Shown: positions 17,201 to 29,200 of the stretch, piece after piece | Numbering within the stretch: the first letter of the stretch is position 1 | Layout of the letters: each line of letters begins with the position of its first letter | NCBI GenBank assembly: GCA_018304505.1 | Contig: JAGVWA010000019.1 | Location: 1-39,572 of the forward strand | Reading direction: 5' to 3' | DNA length: 39,572 nt | Source: Nanobdellati archaeon | Lineage (GTDB): Archaea; B1Sed10-29; JAGVWA01 | The notes under the pieces: generated by a model | Told to the model about the DNA's origin: nothing | The model's database searches: none | Seen by the model: only the letters and a program-made list of their open reading frames with translations | Translations under genes and position numbers: made by a program

Positions 17201-20200
17201 TATGAATTCAGTTGCTGCTAGTGATTTGATGCCTATGTAATCCTTGTCGAACAGCGAGAATATTTTATTCCTGTTGAAGAAGATCTGTACGCCTGAGCCC
17301 GAGGCTGCCTTTATGCCTGTGAAGCCGATGCCGTTGCAGTTGCTGTTCGTGGCGTTCGGATATGTAGAGTTCTTGAAGTTCGCAATCAGCGAATACGCGC
17401 CGCCACTGAACGGCCTGCACTCAAACGCAAAGTTATTCGTTGCTGGATCTACAGTCAACCTGAAGTCGTCACTGCCGTCGGTGTTTATGTCAACCAACCT
17501 TACTGCGTCGGTGACTGTATTTGGCTGGAAGTAGATTACGTAGTTCTTGCTAGGCAAGCCTATGGTTCCAGCCAAGTTTATTCCAGTGTAACTTGCAGGA
17601 TCAATAATCGTGTAGTCATCTTGCGCCAAGGTGAGTGCCCCCTGTGTACCAGTGAATGTCGTCACTGAGCCTATCCTTAGGTCGAAGCCTTCAACTGGGA
17701 CTTCATCGTCAGTTGCGAACACCCGGGCGGTGTAGGTGCCTAGTTCAGCTGTCTGGGTAAATGGGCACGTGAAGTTCAATTCAGCTGCCTGGAATGCTAC
17801 AGGTCCAACATTGTCCTCGCATTGTTGTGTAAATGCTGTTACTGATGGCGTTATGAATTCGCCATACACCGAAGTGAGCTGATAGTTGTCTGAAACAAAT
17901 GCGGCTTCGTCAAGTGGCTCGTATATGTTTACTGTCTTGTTCAGCGGATTGAGGTTGAGTATTGAAAGTATTGCTGTTGGGTCGTCTCCTGGGAAGTCGA
18001 CTCCCTGTATTACTGGCAGCAGCGTGTCTTGTGCCTGGAATGTGGCGGTGTCAGTTGCTGATTGCCCGGTTTGGTCAACAGTTGTTACTGAGACTAAGTA
18101 TGCCCCTAGTTGAGATGTGTTGCTGAACGTTCCGACAAAGGTTGCCTGCGTGCTGCCTGCTGTGAAAGTCGGCGTTAATGGAATCACGCCTGCTAATGCG
18201 CCATTTGGCGCGAATACTGTAGCGGTTGCAGTGCCGACGGCGAAGTTGTCTGTCACGTTGGCGGTTATTGTCGTGCTGGTGTATATCTGGGTGTCGTCTG
18301 CGTCTATCGATTGTATCACCGGCGGCTGCAGGTCGACTGTGATATTGAAGACTTCGTCTTGTGCTGTTGATGGTGAATTGTCATTGTCAGTGGCAACTGC
18401 CCTCAAGTTGAATACCCCGCCTGTTGGAGGCACTATGATGCTCTTGAGCTTGATGTATGTTGTCGCTGCCTGTGATTTTATGCCAATGAAGTCGTTGCCG
18501 AACAGCAACAGGACCTTGGCCCGGTTCACAAAGAGCTCCATGCCATTGCCAGTTGCGCCCTTGACTCCAGTGAGGCCAACGGTGTTGCAGCTTGAGTCTG
18601 TTCTGGTTGGCCACGTTCCATTCTGGAAACCGGCCACTAGCTCGTATGATCCACCAGAGAGGTTCTTACATTCTATTGCAAAGTCTTGTGTAACAAAGTC
18701 AATAGTTATCCTTAGGTCATCTTGATTGTCTCCGTTCAAATCAATGAGCCTTACCTGATCTGATATCGAGCCCGGCTCGAAGAAGTTAACGTAGTTGTAA
18801 TTCGGAGAAGCTTGCCTTGTGGCGAAGTTCGTTCCTTGGTAGTTTGTCGGGTCAAGCACCGTGTAGTCGTCGCTGCTTACATATCCTGTTGTCAAACCCC
18901 TGCCGTTTCCGCCGTATTCCCTCAACATGAATTCATTAGCGCCTAAGGTAAAGCTTGGGTTCCAGCTGACGCTGTAAACATTGCCAGGCCCGGGTACTGT
19001 GTCTATGCCAATGCTCACAGGAACACCGTTGAATTGGAAGAACTCAACCTTGTTAATGCCTGATCCTGTGTCAGTTGCAACTGCGGTTACTGTGAATGGT
19101 ATGTCATCAGGGCCGAGTACTTGGTTGTTTACTGGGCTTGTCAATGTGACTTCTGGCGCCGTTGTGTCATCGTCTGTAATCAGTGTTGAGACTACACTTG
19201 AGAAGGTTGAGGCCTTGTCACCAGTGTGGTCGTTGTCGTTGTCTGTGACCTTTACTATCCAGTAGATTGTGTCCCCTTCCTTCGCGTCTCCGATGAATGA
19301 ACTCAATAATGTGGCAGTGCCTGAAATTATGTCAAGCTCGCCGTCATTGACCGTGTCTGAAACGCCCGGGTTGTTGAACGCAAAGTACAGCTTGGCTTCT
19401 GAGATGTCAGAGTTGCCTGTGAACTCGTCTGTGAATGAAACCGACACAAGGATATTTAGGTTTGATGCTGACTCATTGACAACTGCCGGCACGCTTAATG
19501 TCGGGCCCTGCGTGTCATCATCGGCTACTGTTAAGTCGGCAAATGCCATGGCTTGCTGCCAGAACGCGTCGCCTGAGAAGTTGGCGAAGATCGCATTACT
19601 GACCGTACCCGGGACCCTGCCTGCCAATGGAGCAGCTGGTGTGCACGCGAAGTCGCCTGTTGATGCGCTTGATGTTGTTGAGCATGTTTCGAGCGCCTCG
19701 AAAATGCTGTTGTAGTTAGTGTCAACGCCCTGCGACACACTGACAGACCTGAATTCGGCGTCGTCTGACTGTATGTTTCCGCTCAGTGCACAGGTTTGTG
19801 TTTCAGTGCATGTCTTGGAGTCGGCTGTTATTATTGTCTGCTCTGGGTCGACATTCAATGTACCGGTAGCCTGTGCTGCGGTGTAGAACGTGTTGGATAG
19901 TAAGTTTACTGTGATGCTGTAAGTGCCCTGTGCCAGTTGTATTGAGGCTGCTGGCTGACACGTGAATAGTCCCGAGACAATGTTTGCGTCGCACGTTTCT
20001 CCCACGCCCTGTAATGTATCGCCGTCAGCATCCACGAATACCCTTGCCTGCGCGGCCTGCGTCGGTGTTGGCCCGTCGTTTTCTTCTGCGCTTCCTGAAA
20101 CTGCCGGCGTTGGGTCACTGAACCTTGCTAGTACTGTATCGAGGCTTAAGAATAGCGTTTCCTTTGCAATCGTCAGCGTAGCGGTGTCGCTTGATGACGT

Positions 20201-23200
20201 GTAATTCGCTGTGCCTGCAAATGACGCGGTAATGGTAGCAGAGCCTGGGGCTTGTGAAACATTGAAACTGCAGCTTGCGAATCCTGCTCCATCAGTTACG
20301 GCGTTGCATGATTGCGTGCCTGCCGTCAGCGTTATTGTTTCGCCAACAACCGCAGGCCCATCGTCTTCCTGCAGCGTTGCCGACAAGAGACATGAATCAC
20401 TAAAGACACAGTTGGCGTCGTTGGCCGTCATTGTAGTGCCTTCCTTGACAACGTTTATTGTCAGTGAATCAGTGTCAGAGGCTTCGAGGTCTGACACGTT
20501 AAGGACTACCGTCTTGCTGCCAGTGCTCGTGTAAGTGTGTGCAACGCCCGTTGATGTTGTTGGCCCGAAGCTTGTGGAGTCGCCGAAGTTCCACGTGTAG
20601 AACAGCGTGTCAAGGTCCGCGTCTGGGCTGTTTGCAGAACTGAAGCCGAGTGAGTCCCCAACTTGCACTGTTACTGCGTCTGATTCTGCCACTGCTACTG
20701 GCGCCGAGTTCAGTATTGTAGTGACTGCTGTTGCTGATGTTCCTTGTGATGGGAATGAGTCGAATGGTGTGGCTGTGCACTGCCAGATCTCGTTCTTCTT
20801 GGTCTCTGCGCTGTTAATCGTGGGTGTTGATTCTGATCTTATGATTTGCGTTCCGTTTGCTAGAGTTTGTTCCCATTCGTATGCGAAGCTTATGGTGTCG
20901 CCAACGTCAAGGTCAGTCGCCGTGGCAACACATGTCAGCGTGTCAGTTGTCCTCGGATCTGCCGGTGTTATTGTCACTGATGTAATAGTTGGCGGTGTAT
21001 TGACGTCAAGCACGTTCACGTTAACATTGCGCGAGGCTTGTTCGTTGCTCGTGTCAGTCACTGCTACTTGTATTGTTTCTGTGCCGATGAATAATGGGTC
21101 GCCCCATACTGTTAATATAGTGCCTGTGATGTTCACGTTGACGTTCGTTGAACCGACTGCGCTGAAGGTCAATGCGTCGTTGTCAACGTCATTCGCAAAT
21201 GGAGCCAAATCAACTGACCTGAAGTTAGTTGTGGTATTGCTTGATTCATTAACATCAATGTCTGGAATGGCCGCCAGGGTTGGTGCGTCGTTGACTGGCG
21301 TTACATTGACTAATACTGACGTTGAGTCTGTGAATTCAGAATCATTGACCGTAAACACTATGGTTCTTATGCCGTTGAAGTCCGCGTCAGGGGTTATTGT
21401 GACTCCATGCGTTGATGCGTTAATGAATACTGACAAGTTGGCAACTGGCGCTGCTGTCCACACCAAAGCCGACAATGGGGTATCTATGTCAGTGACAAAC
21501 CCATCAAGGTCTAAGCCTGTGAACACTGTGTCCTCTGCAAAGGTTATCGGCGGTATTACCTGAGCCTGCGGCGCGTCGTTCGACACCGTGACTGTGACGA
21601 TGATTGTGTCAGTGTCATTCAAGTTCTCAGGGTCCCTGACAACGAATGTTATTGTTTCCTGGCCGTTGAAGTCCTGTGCGGCTGTGAAATTCACCTTGTG
21701 CTGTTGCGCTGCGCTGCCAATGCTTACAAAGATGTTGGTGTTGCCAGAGAAGGTCCAGATTAACTCGGCCTTAGTATTGTCGGCATCTGTTACGAAGTTG
21801 TCAAGCACTAGCGTATCATCGAATGAGTCCTCTGGGAATGACACGTCAGGCAATGCCGGATCAATTACTGGCCCGTCATTTACTGGCGTCACCGTGACGT
21901 TGACGGTTCTAAATACCACAAATTCGCCATCATTGACTGTTACGTTGAATGTGTCTGCGAGGACTCCTTCTGGGTAGAGGAACGAAAGCACGCAGCTTGA
22001 GTAAGGTGATGCACACAGTATTGCTGAACTTATCTGATACACTGAATTGGAAGTGATTGTTAAATCGTCATTATCTGGGTCGCTGACAAACGGGCCTACA
22101 TTCAGGTTGAAGACGACGTCTTCTGTTGCGTTTTGTGACGGTATTGGATCTATCGTTGGCGGGCTGTTGGCGACTCCGATGATGATCGTCATGTTCTCGG
22201 TGTCGTTGCCCCCGTCAGTGTCTATCGCCGTCAGGGTAATTTCGTCTTCGCCTCCACTTACCCCAATTGGCACCGTGATTTTTAGTTGTGTTCCGCTGTT
22301 TGCTGGCAATGAGGTCTCGAAGTCGATTGTCGCGTCAAGCAGCTGTGGCGTCTCTGCTGAATCAGAAGTCACTAAGTTTGCCCTGTACTGGAAGTACCTG
22401 TTGTCGGGCACCACTGCTATCGATTGCGGTGATGTTGAGAATTCGCTGCCAAATGACTCCCCAGAACACACGGCATCATTACAGCTCCTGAACTGCATCG
22501 TCAGGTTTGTGTCAAAGCCGCCGCTCGTGCTTGCCGGGCCTCCAGTAAAGCGGTCTGCTACCTCGGTTCCAGTGAGCGCCCTGTTGTAAACAATAACCTC
22601 ATCCATTAAGCCGTTGTAGTAGTCATGCGTGCCCTTGCCCACTGTCAAAGGTACGGCGTTGTCGAGGTTGAAGCTTGATGCGGTAAATACGTCGCTCGTG
22701 TCAACCAGTGCTCCGTCAATGTACAGTTTCAGTGTGCTGGTGTCTTTCACGCCTACGATGTGGTGCCATGTTCCAGTTGACAATTCAACATCATTAGTCG
22801 CCTCGATTCCCGTTTTGGCTTCATACAAAGCGCCTGCACCATCATTAAGTGCAGCTTGTCGTGTTGATACATACAACTTGCCGTTGTGAACAGTTAGTTT
22901 CGCGGGCCTGATGGCAACAGTGGCGCCTATTGGTGATCCCCGATCGAGCCATGCGCTGTTGGCTTCGTCCCATTCAAGCAGCTTTTTGTTGCTGACAGCT
23001 GCAGCATATAACCTGCCATTGTACACAGCCAAGTCAGCTAGGAGCGTCTCTAAGGGGAATTGCGATGTCCTATTAACCCAAGCGTTGACGCCGTTCCATT
23101 CAAGCAACACGCCTCTGCCCGCGGCATAGAGCTTTCCATTATACACAGCAATTGAGTTTATGGTCTGACCAGCGCCGCCGACAGTGATCTGCGGTGCCCT

Positions 23201-26200
23201 TTCTGTCCATGAGCTGCCTGTCTCGTTCCATTCAAGCAGCTTTCCAGTAGTTACTGTGGCCCCGTAAAGCTTGCCGTTGTATACTGCCAAAGATTCGATT
23301 TGGTCAGTCGTAACGCCTGCTGGCGTTCCTGCCCGCTGTGTCCACACAGAGCCCCCAGTCCATTCGAACAGCCTGGCGTTAGGCCTTGTTGCGCCGAAGA
23401 GTCGCCCGTTAAACGACACCATAGATTCTATTCCCTGCTGAGCGTTGAGATTTGTCGTAACCCGCGGAATCCACGCGTCAACGCCGTTCCATTCAAGCAG
23501 GTGCCCCAAGTTATCAGATCCAGAAGTACCTGCATACAGCTTGTTATTATGCACTGCCATAGAATGCAATTCATTAGCGCCTGTGTAATCCCCTGCTGCC
23601 CTTACCCATGCGCTCCCACTCCATCTAAACAGGCTATTGGCAGCGCCGTTTGTTGCTGTCCCATATAGAGATCCGTTAAAGTCTATTAGTGCTAACATGA
23701 ATGTATCTGAAGCTGAAAACCGATCAGCAACCTTTGTTAGTGTCGTCGACGGCGCATTGTTATCAATGCCGAATTCTATGTTTCGCTTGTTGCTGTGCGA
23801 TGAGCCGTAGTTGTCAAGCACAGTCAAGTGGTATCCTTTCTTTGCAGCTGTGTCGAATTTACTGATGATGTCCCCGATGTTGTCGTCGCCAGCAGCGTCC
23901 GGGTTCACCCATGCTTCCAGTGTGAACGTGCCAGTGCCGAAGTCAAAGTCCGGATCATCGGAGAAGTCAATGTAATCGTCAATGCCGTCGAAGCTCATAG
24001 CGGTGCCGAAACCAAGCTGGGCAGGTGCGCTGTAGGTCGCGCCGTTGTTGACTCCATTATTTGAGTTTCCGGATGAGTCTGTGATAACGCCTGATGCATC
24101 GTCCATGTGCGCGAGCAGAACACCACCGGTAAGGCCTCCACCTGCTGAACTTGGTTCTAGCGCTGTCCACGTTGCTGTGTTCCATGCCGCGGCTGAGCCT
24201 GCGTCTATTACTCGGCTCGTGAATGTACCTGTGGTTTGTCCTGTACTGAGTTGCACTTCACCTGTGGCTGTTGATTCTGTGCTACTGAATGTGCCCTGGT
24301 TGAAATCGCCCTGCGTGGTGTCTGTCGCTGATCCTGGCGTTATTACCTGGCCAGCGTCGAGGAACTCTGCTTCTACTAGGTCCACGTTGGAAACTGTCCA
24401 CAGAACATCTTGAGGCAAGTCTTCTACATCCGTGACGTTCTGCGTCAAGTTGAGCGTTATGTTCTCGCCTTCGCCCAGGAGTATGCTGCCCGGCAAGCCG
24501 ATAATTATTGGGTTGTCGTTCACTGGGGTTACGTTGAAGGTCACGTCGACCTCATCAAATGACGTGCCGTCAGTGACGTTGAACGTCGCTATCCTTGTAC
24601 CGAAGAAATTGGCTTGCGGGGTTACAGTGACTTGGTGCGGCGGCACTGAATTAATTACAATGGTCAGGTTGCCTGGTTGCGTTGACGCCCAAATTAAGCC
24701 TGATGGGGCAGTGTCAACGTCTGTTACAAAATTATCAAGGCTGAGACCAGTGTATACTGTGTCTTCTACAAACGTCTGTAGGGGTATTGCTGAGATTACA
24801 GGGGCATCGTCCACTGATTCTACAATGACATTGAAGCACTGCTGCGCCGATGTTAGGAAACCGTCGTTTACATTGACACACAATTGCGATGAACCTGAGG
24901 CTTCTGCCTGTGCTATTCCAATCTTGAGGCCACCGGTTACTGATTCCTTGCAGTTAGCTGTGCATGATACGCCAAAGACCGCTGAAACAAGAGTCGGGTT
25001 GCTGTTACTTACTAAGGTGTAGAACAGGTCTGTTGAAGCTGTCTCGGCGTCAAACGCAAATTGGCTTAGGAGCAGCGTTACTGGCGTCACTTGATCCTCA
25101 ATGAGATTCTGTGTTGGTATTGTGCCATTGAAGAACGGCGCCGTGTTCGGTATTTCAATTGTAAGTGTTGTGGTTAGGATGTTGTTTGCCTCATCAAGTT
25201 CTTCTACAACATTACCCGAGTCTGCGAATCCGCGGAGGGTGTGGGAGCCATCTAGTTTGCCTGTGGTATCGTACTGCACGGTGTATGCTGTGGAGTCTAT
25301 TGCATTAGTGAATGTTACTGTTCTTTGGTCTATTATTACTGCTGGGGATTCTGTTTGATCTGTTATTGTTACTGTGAATGCTCCTGGGGCTTTGTTGCCG
25401 ATACTTGACACGGTTATTGAGATGTTTGCAAGGTTGCCCCTCTGCACAGGGTTTTGGAGCACCTGTATTGCTGATACTAAGACATCTGGGATTTCTTCGC
25501 ACGCGTCCCCTGCACCTGTGCCATCTTGGAAGCCGTTGCTGTCTGCCTGTGACGGGTTAAAGACATCTGGACAGTTGTCAATTGGGTCTGCTATGCCGTC
25601 GCCATCAGTGTCGTTGAGGGTCCATGAGAGTTCCCAGAAATCCAATGCCGGGGGCAGGTAATCGGTTTCGATGTTCACTGGTATTATCAATTGCGATGTT
25701 GTCGGCGCTGGTTCTGGCACAACCCCTTCGGGTAGGAAGACATTGATGCTGGTTGTAGAGTCAGGGTTTGTGACAGTAACGTAGTTGCTCGTCATAGAAT
25801 CCTTGGCAATAGCCAGTTCTGCTGACCTGCCTGTGTCAGAAACGGCGAATTCTACTTCCAAGCCGCCGCATTCTGCAGAGCCCAGGCCATGGTCTGGCGA
25901 AACGTCGCTGAAAATGAATTCCCCTGTTGCTGTACAGTAGATCCTCTGGCTGCCATACACTATGATTAGTTCTGGGAAGCCGTCAAAGTCAGCATCGATT
26001 TCCCTGTAGCCTTCTTCATCCTGCGCTGCGGGGATTACAAGGCTTACAACATCGACTGCTGTTGGGGCTGACACTGTAACAAAGCCGAAGTTGCCAGTTG
26101 AATCCATGGTGAACTCTATGGCTGAAGACTCACCTATGGGGGATAATGAAAAGTACTCAATTGGCACATTTGCACAGTTAAAGGCCCCTGAAATTTGGGA

Positions 26201-29200
26201 AATGCCGTTGTTGCTGTCAAGGAACTCCTGCCCGGGGTAGAGGCACTGGATTTCCGATTCATTAATTACTCCGGGGAACTCAGTAGATGCTACTGAGGTA
26301 AACAACCTCATGTCAGAGATGCCGTCATTGTCTAGGTCAATGAATCGCTCAGATGGACCCTCACCAGCTTCAAAGTAGACGGCCAGTTTTCCTGTGGATT
26401 CATCAAATGCAGATGCCTCAAACGTGTCGCCCCACTGGGGCCTTTCAAAGTCATTATCAAATATGGCCAAGTAGTCGGACTGCCACTCCCCCCCATATTC
26501 TTGACTGCTGAACCCACCATCAAGCTCCATGGGGGACTCTGATGGTTTTACACCGAACTTGAATGTCCTCTGTATAATAGGTTTAAGTAGCTGTATCCTC
26601 TGAGTAGTATCATTGGAGCCAACAAATATGGAATCCGAATCCCATGTATCGATTTTTATGACGAGCTCAAAGCTCTTAAAGCTCGTGCTGGTGCCTGTCA
26701 ACAGGCTAGAATACTCAATGCCTACCCCTCCACAACCCCTGAAAGCCTGTATGTTCCCTGTAGTTCCGAAGGTACCTGTATGTGACCAGTCATCGCCAGA
26801 CACTAAGCATGATATTGTAGCTGAAACCCTGCCATTACAAATGCCTCCATCACACAAGCCGTCAAGCTTGTAGTAAAGGTCAGGCTTGGCGTCTTCATTG
26901 AAATCGATAAGCCTCTCAACTACGGTGTTTCTTACACGACTGAAGATCCCAATCAGGTCATTGTTTAAGTCTGTTGATGCAACGTCTGTTGTGCCAGATG
27001 CCACGTCCCAGCTTGAAAGGCTTGCTGGCGGCACGGATGCCTTTATATAATCCCCACCAACATACTCATCAAAGTCTGCCACGCCATCAACATTAATTGG
27101 GCCATAGCTGCTTTCTGTGAAAAAATTAAATATTGCGCTAGGGGCCGGCTGGTTGGCGAAGTAAGCAAGGTCTATCTTGTTCGCAGAAGCAGGGTTTGAA
27201 ACCGTTATGGGTGTTGAAAGTTGCCCTGCGACCAAGCCGATTTCTACGCCCTGAGGCCCGTGACTATCGTATATCGTGAAGCCGTTACACTCGTATAGCA
27301 TAGTCATAGTTGAGAAAATTGAGGAAATTGGCATACCACCGTCCCAATAAACAATGTCGCCATATGTGCCACAGCGCAAGATAGCATCTATGTTACCGAA
27401 CCTGTATATCATAACAATTGTAAAGTCTGGCGTGCCGTCAAGGTTTAAGTCATATCTTCTTTCAAGCCTTGAGTTTAGTGTACTAAGGCCCGCCGACCCG
27501 ACAAAGATACCCACCATGTCCTGAGCGTCATCGCTAATCACGAAATCCTCTCCAGGCCAATTTGCTGGGTCAGATACGATGCTGCCAGCAACGTACTCAT
27601 CTGCCCCACCATATTCTGTTTTATTGCCGTCGATTTTTAACAAGTTGTCCTTGTTTGCAACGAAATGCGTGAATGTGCTCTGCAACATCAGGACATTGTA
27701 ATGCTCTAGCTCCTTGTCATCAGGACTCATGAAGTGCAAAGTCGGATAGGAAACGTCCCTTGTTTCTGACGCCAAAGCCAGGGAATTTGTTGCACCTGCT
27801 GGAATGAGTTTTACCTTGTTTGCAGAGCTGTTCGTACCGAGCACAATGAAACCCGTAGTCGGACCCGCTGTTAAGCTGAGCTCAATGTCAGTGCCAAACT
27901 CTGTTGCATATTCCACGCTGACTTGGCCGCAGATAAAGAAGCCGCTGACGTCGTTCGTCACTGATGTTACTAAGTTAAAAGACCCCCCATCTGTGAACTC
28001 AGATCCTGGGACAAGGCATGAGATCTGCGATCTGAGAATGTGATCTGCAGGCAGGGGTGTTGTGGCATAGCTGCTAAAGTACAAGTCAAAGGTGCCGTCG
28101 TTGTTGAAGTCTACTAATCTTTCTGGTGCTGCGTTGTCCTGTATTGAATATCCTAAGCCGATCTTTGAAAACGCTGGGTCATAAACCACGAAGTCAAGCA
28201 TTTCATTTGAGAACCAGTTGCCCTGATCGCTAAGCGGCAGATTGCCGTCAAGGTAGTCATGATCCGGATATGCGGGGTACTCTGTTGGCTCGTTCATCAC
28301 CCCATCAACTAACAGGCTTGTTGCTGTGTTCGAAACTGCAAATTCAAAGGTCTGTGGAGGCTCGGGTGTTGTCAATGCTAGCGGTTGGAATGACCCTTCG
28401 GGAATCAGCCCTATTCTCCTTGTTGATGTTGGCGTTGTCAGGACCACGTATCCAGTTGCCCCGCTTTTCTTCAAGCCCAGCTCTACGTCTTTCACGGCAG
28501 AGGTAGCGTATGTTACTGTAACGCCTTTGCATTCGAAGGAACCCGAAATGTCCACACCTGCAAGCGTTAAGGCAGTAAAGAGCTCCCCAGGCGCCAGGCA
28601 TTGAATTGTCGTCACTGGGTTTTGAGTGTCAATGTTATTAGTAATCCATCGTGCATCCGGCTCTTGATCATTGTCAAGGTCTATTCGCCTCTCATATACT
28701 ACTGTGCCTTCTGTTATTGACGCAAGCCTGATTTCATTGCTCAGCGCGTTGTAGGCCGCCATTGATGCTGAATCATTTCCCTGCCAGTCTGGCCACTCTC
28801 CAAAGGGCAGCGTTGACACAACGTAGTCCCTTTCCGGGAATGGCCCATATTCGGTTTCCGGGTCTATTTCCCCATCAATTGATGAATCCCCAGCACCAGC
28901 GAAAATGGTGTTGAGTATGTGAGCGAGGTAATTTTGTGTTGCGACAGGCGTTAACAGCCTGACAGCGTATGCAGATGCCTCGCTGGCCACGGTAACGTAA
29001 CCGCTTTTGATGAACGTACTATTTAGGCCAACTTCAATTATAGCCCCTGTTTTAGCGACATCCACTGTGGTGCCGGCACACGTGTTGATTCCGCTTGGCA
29101 GCTCGACTGCTCCTAGGGGCTGCGTTGCGCCTGGTGACATGAGCCTGATTTGTTGGCCATTCCAGTTGGTGGCGGTCTGCGTCATGGTTCCCCCTGGCAA

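Noticed and set aside
16791-17470. Possible diversity-generating retroelement TR/VR pair
   Set aside because: Mismatches are not adenine-specific, both copies are in-frame coding, and there is no reverse transcriptase in the window.
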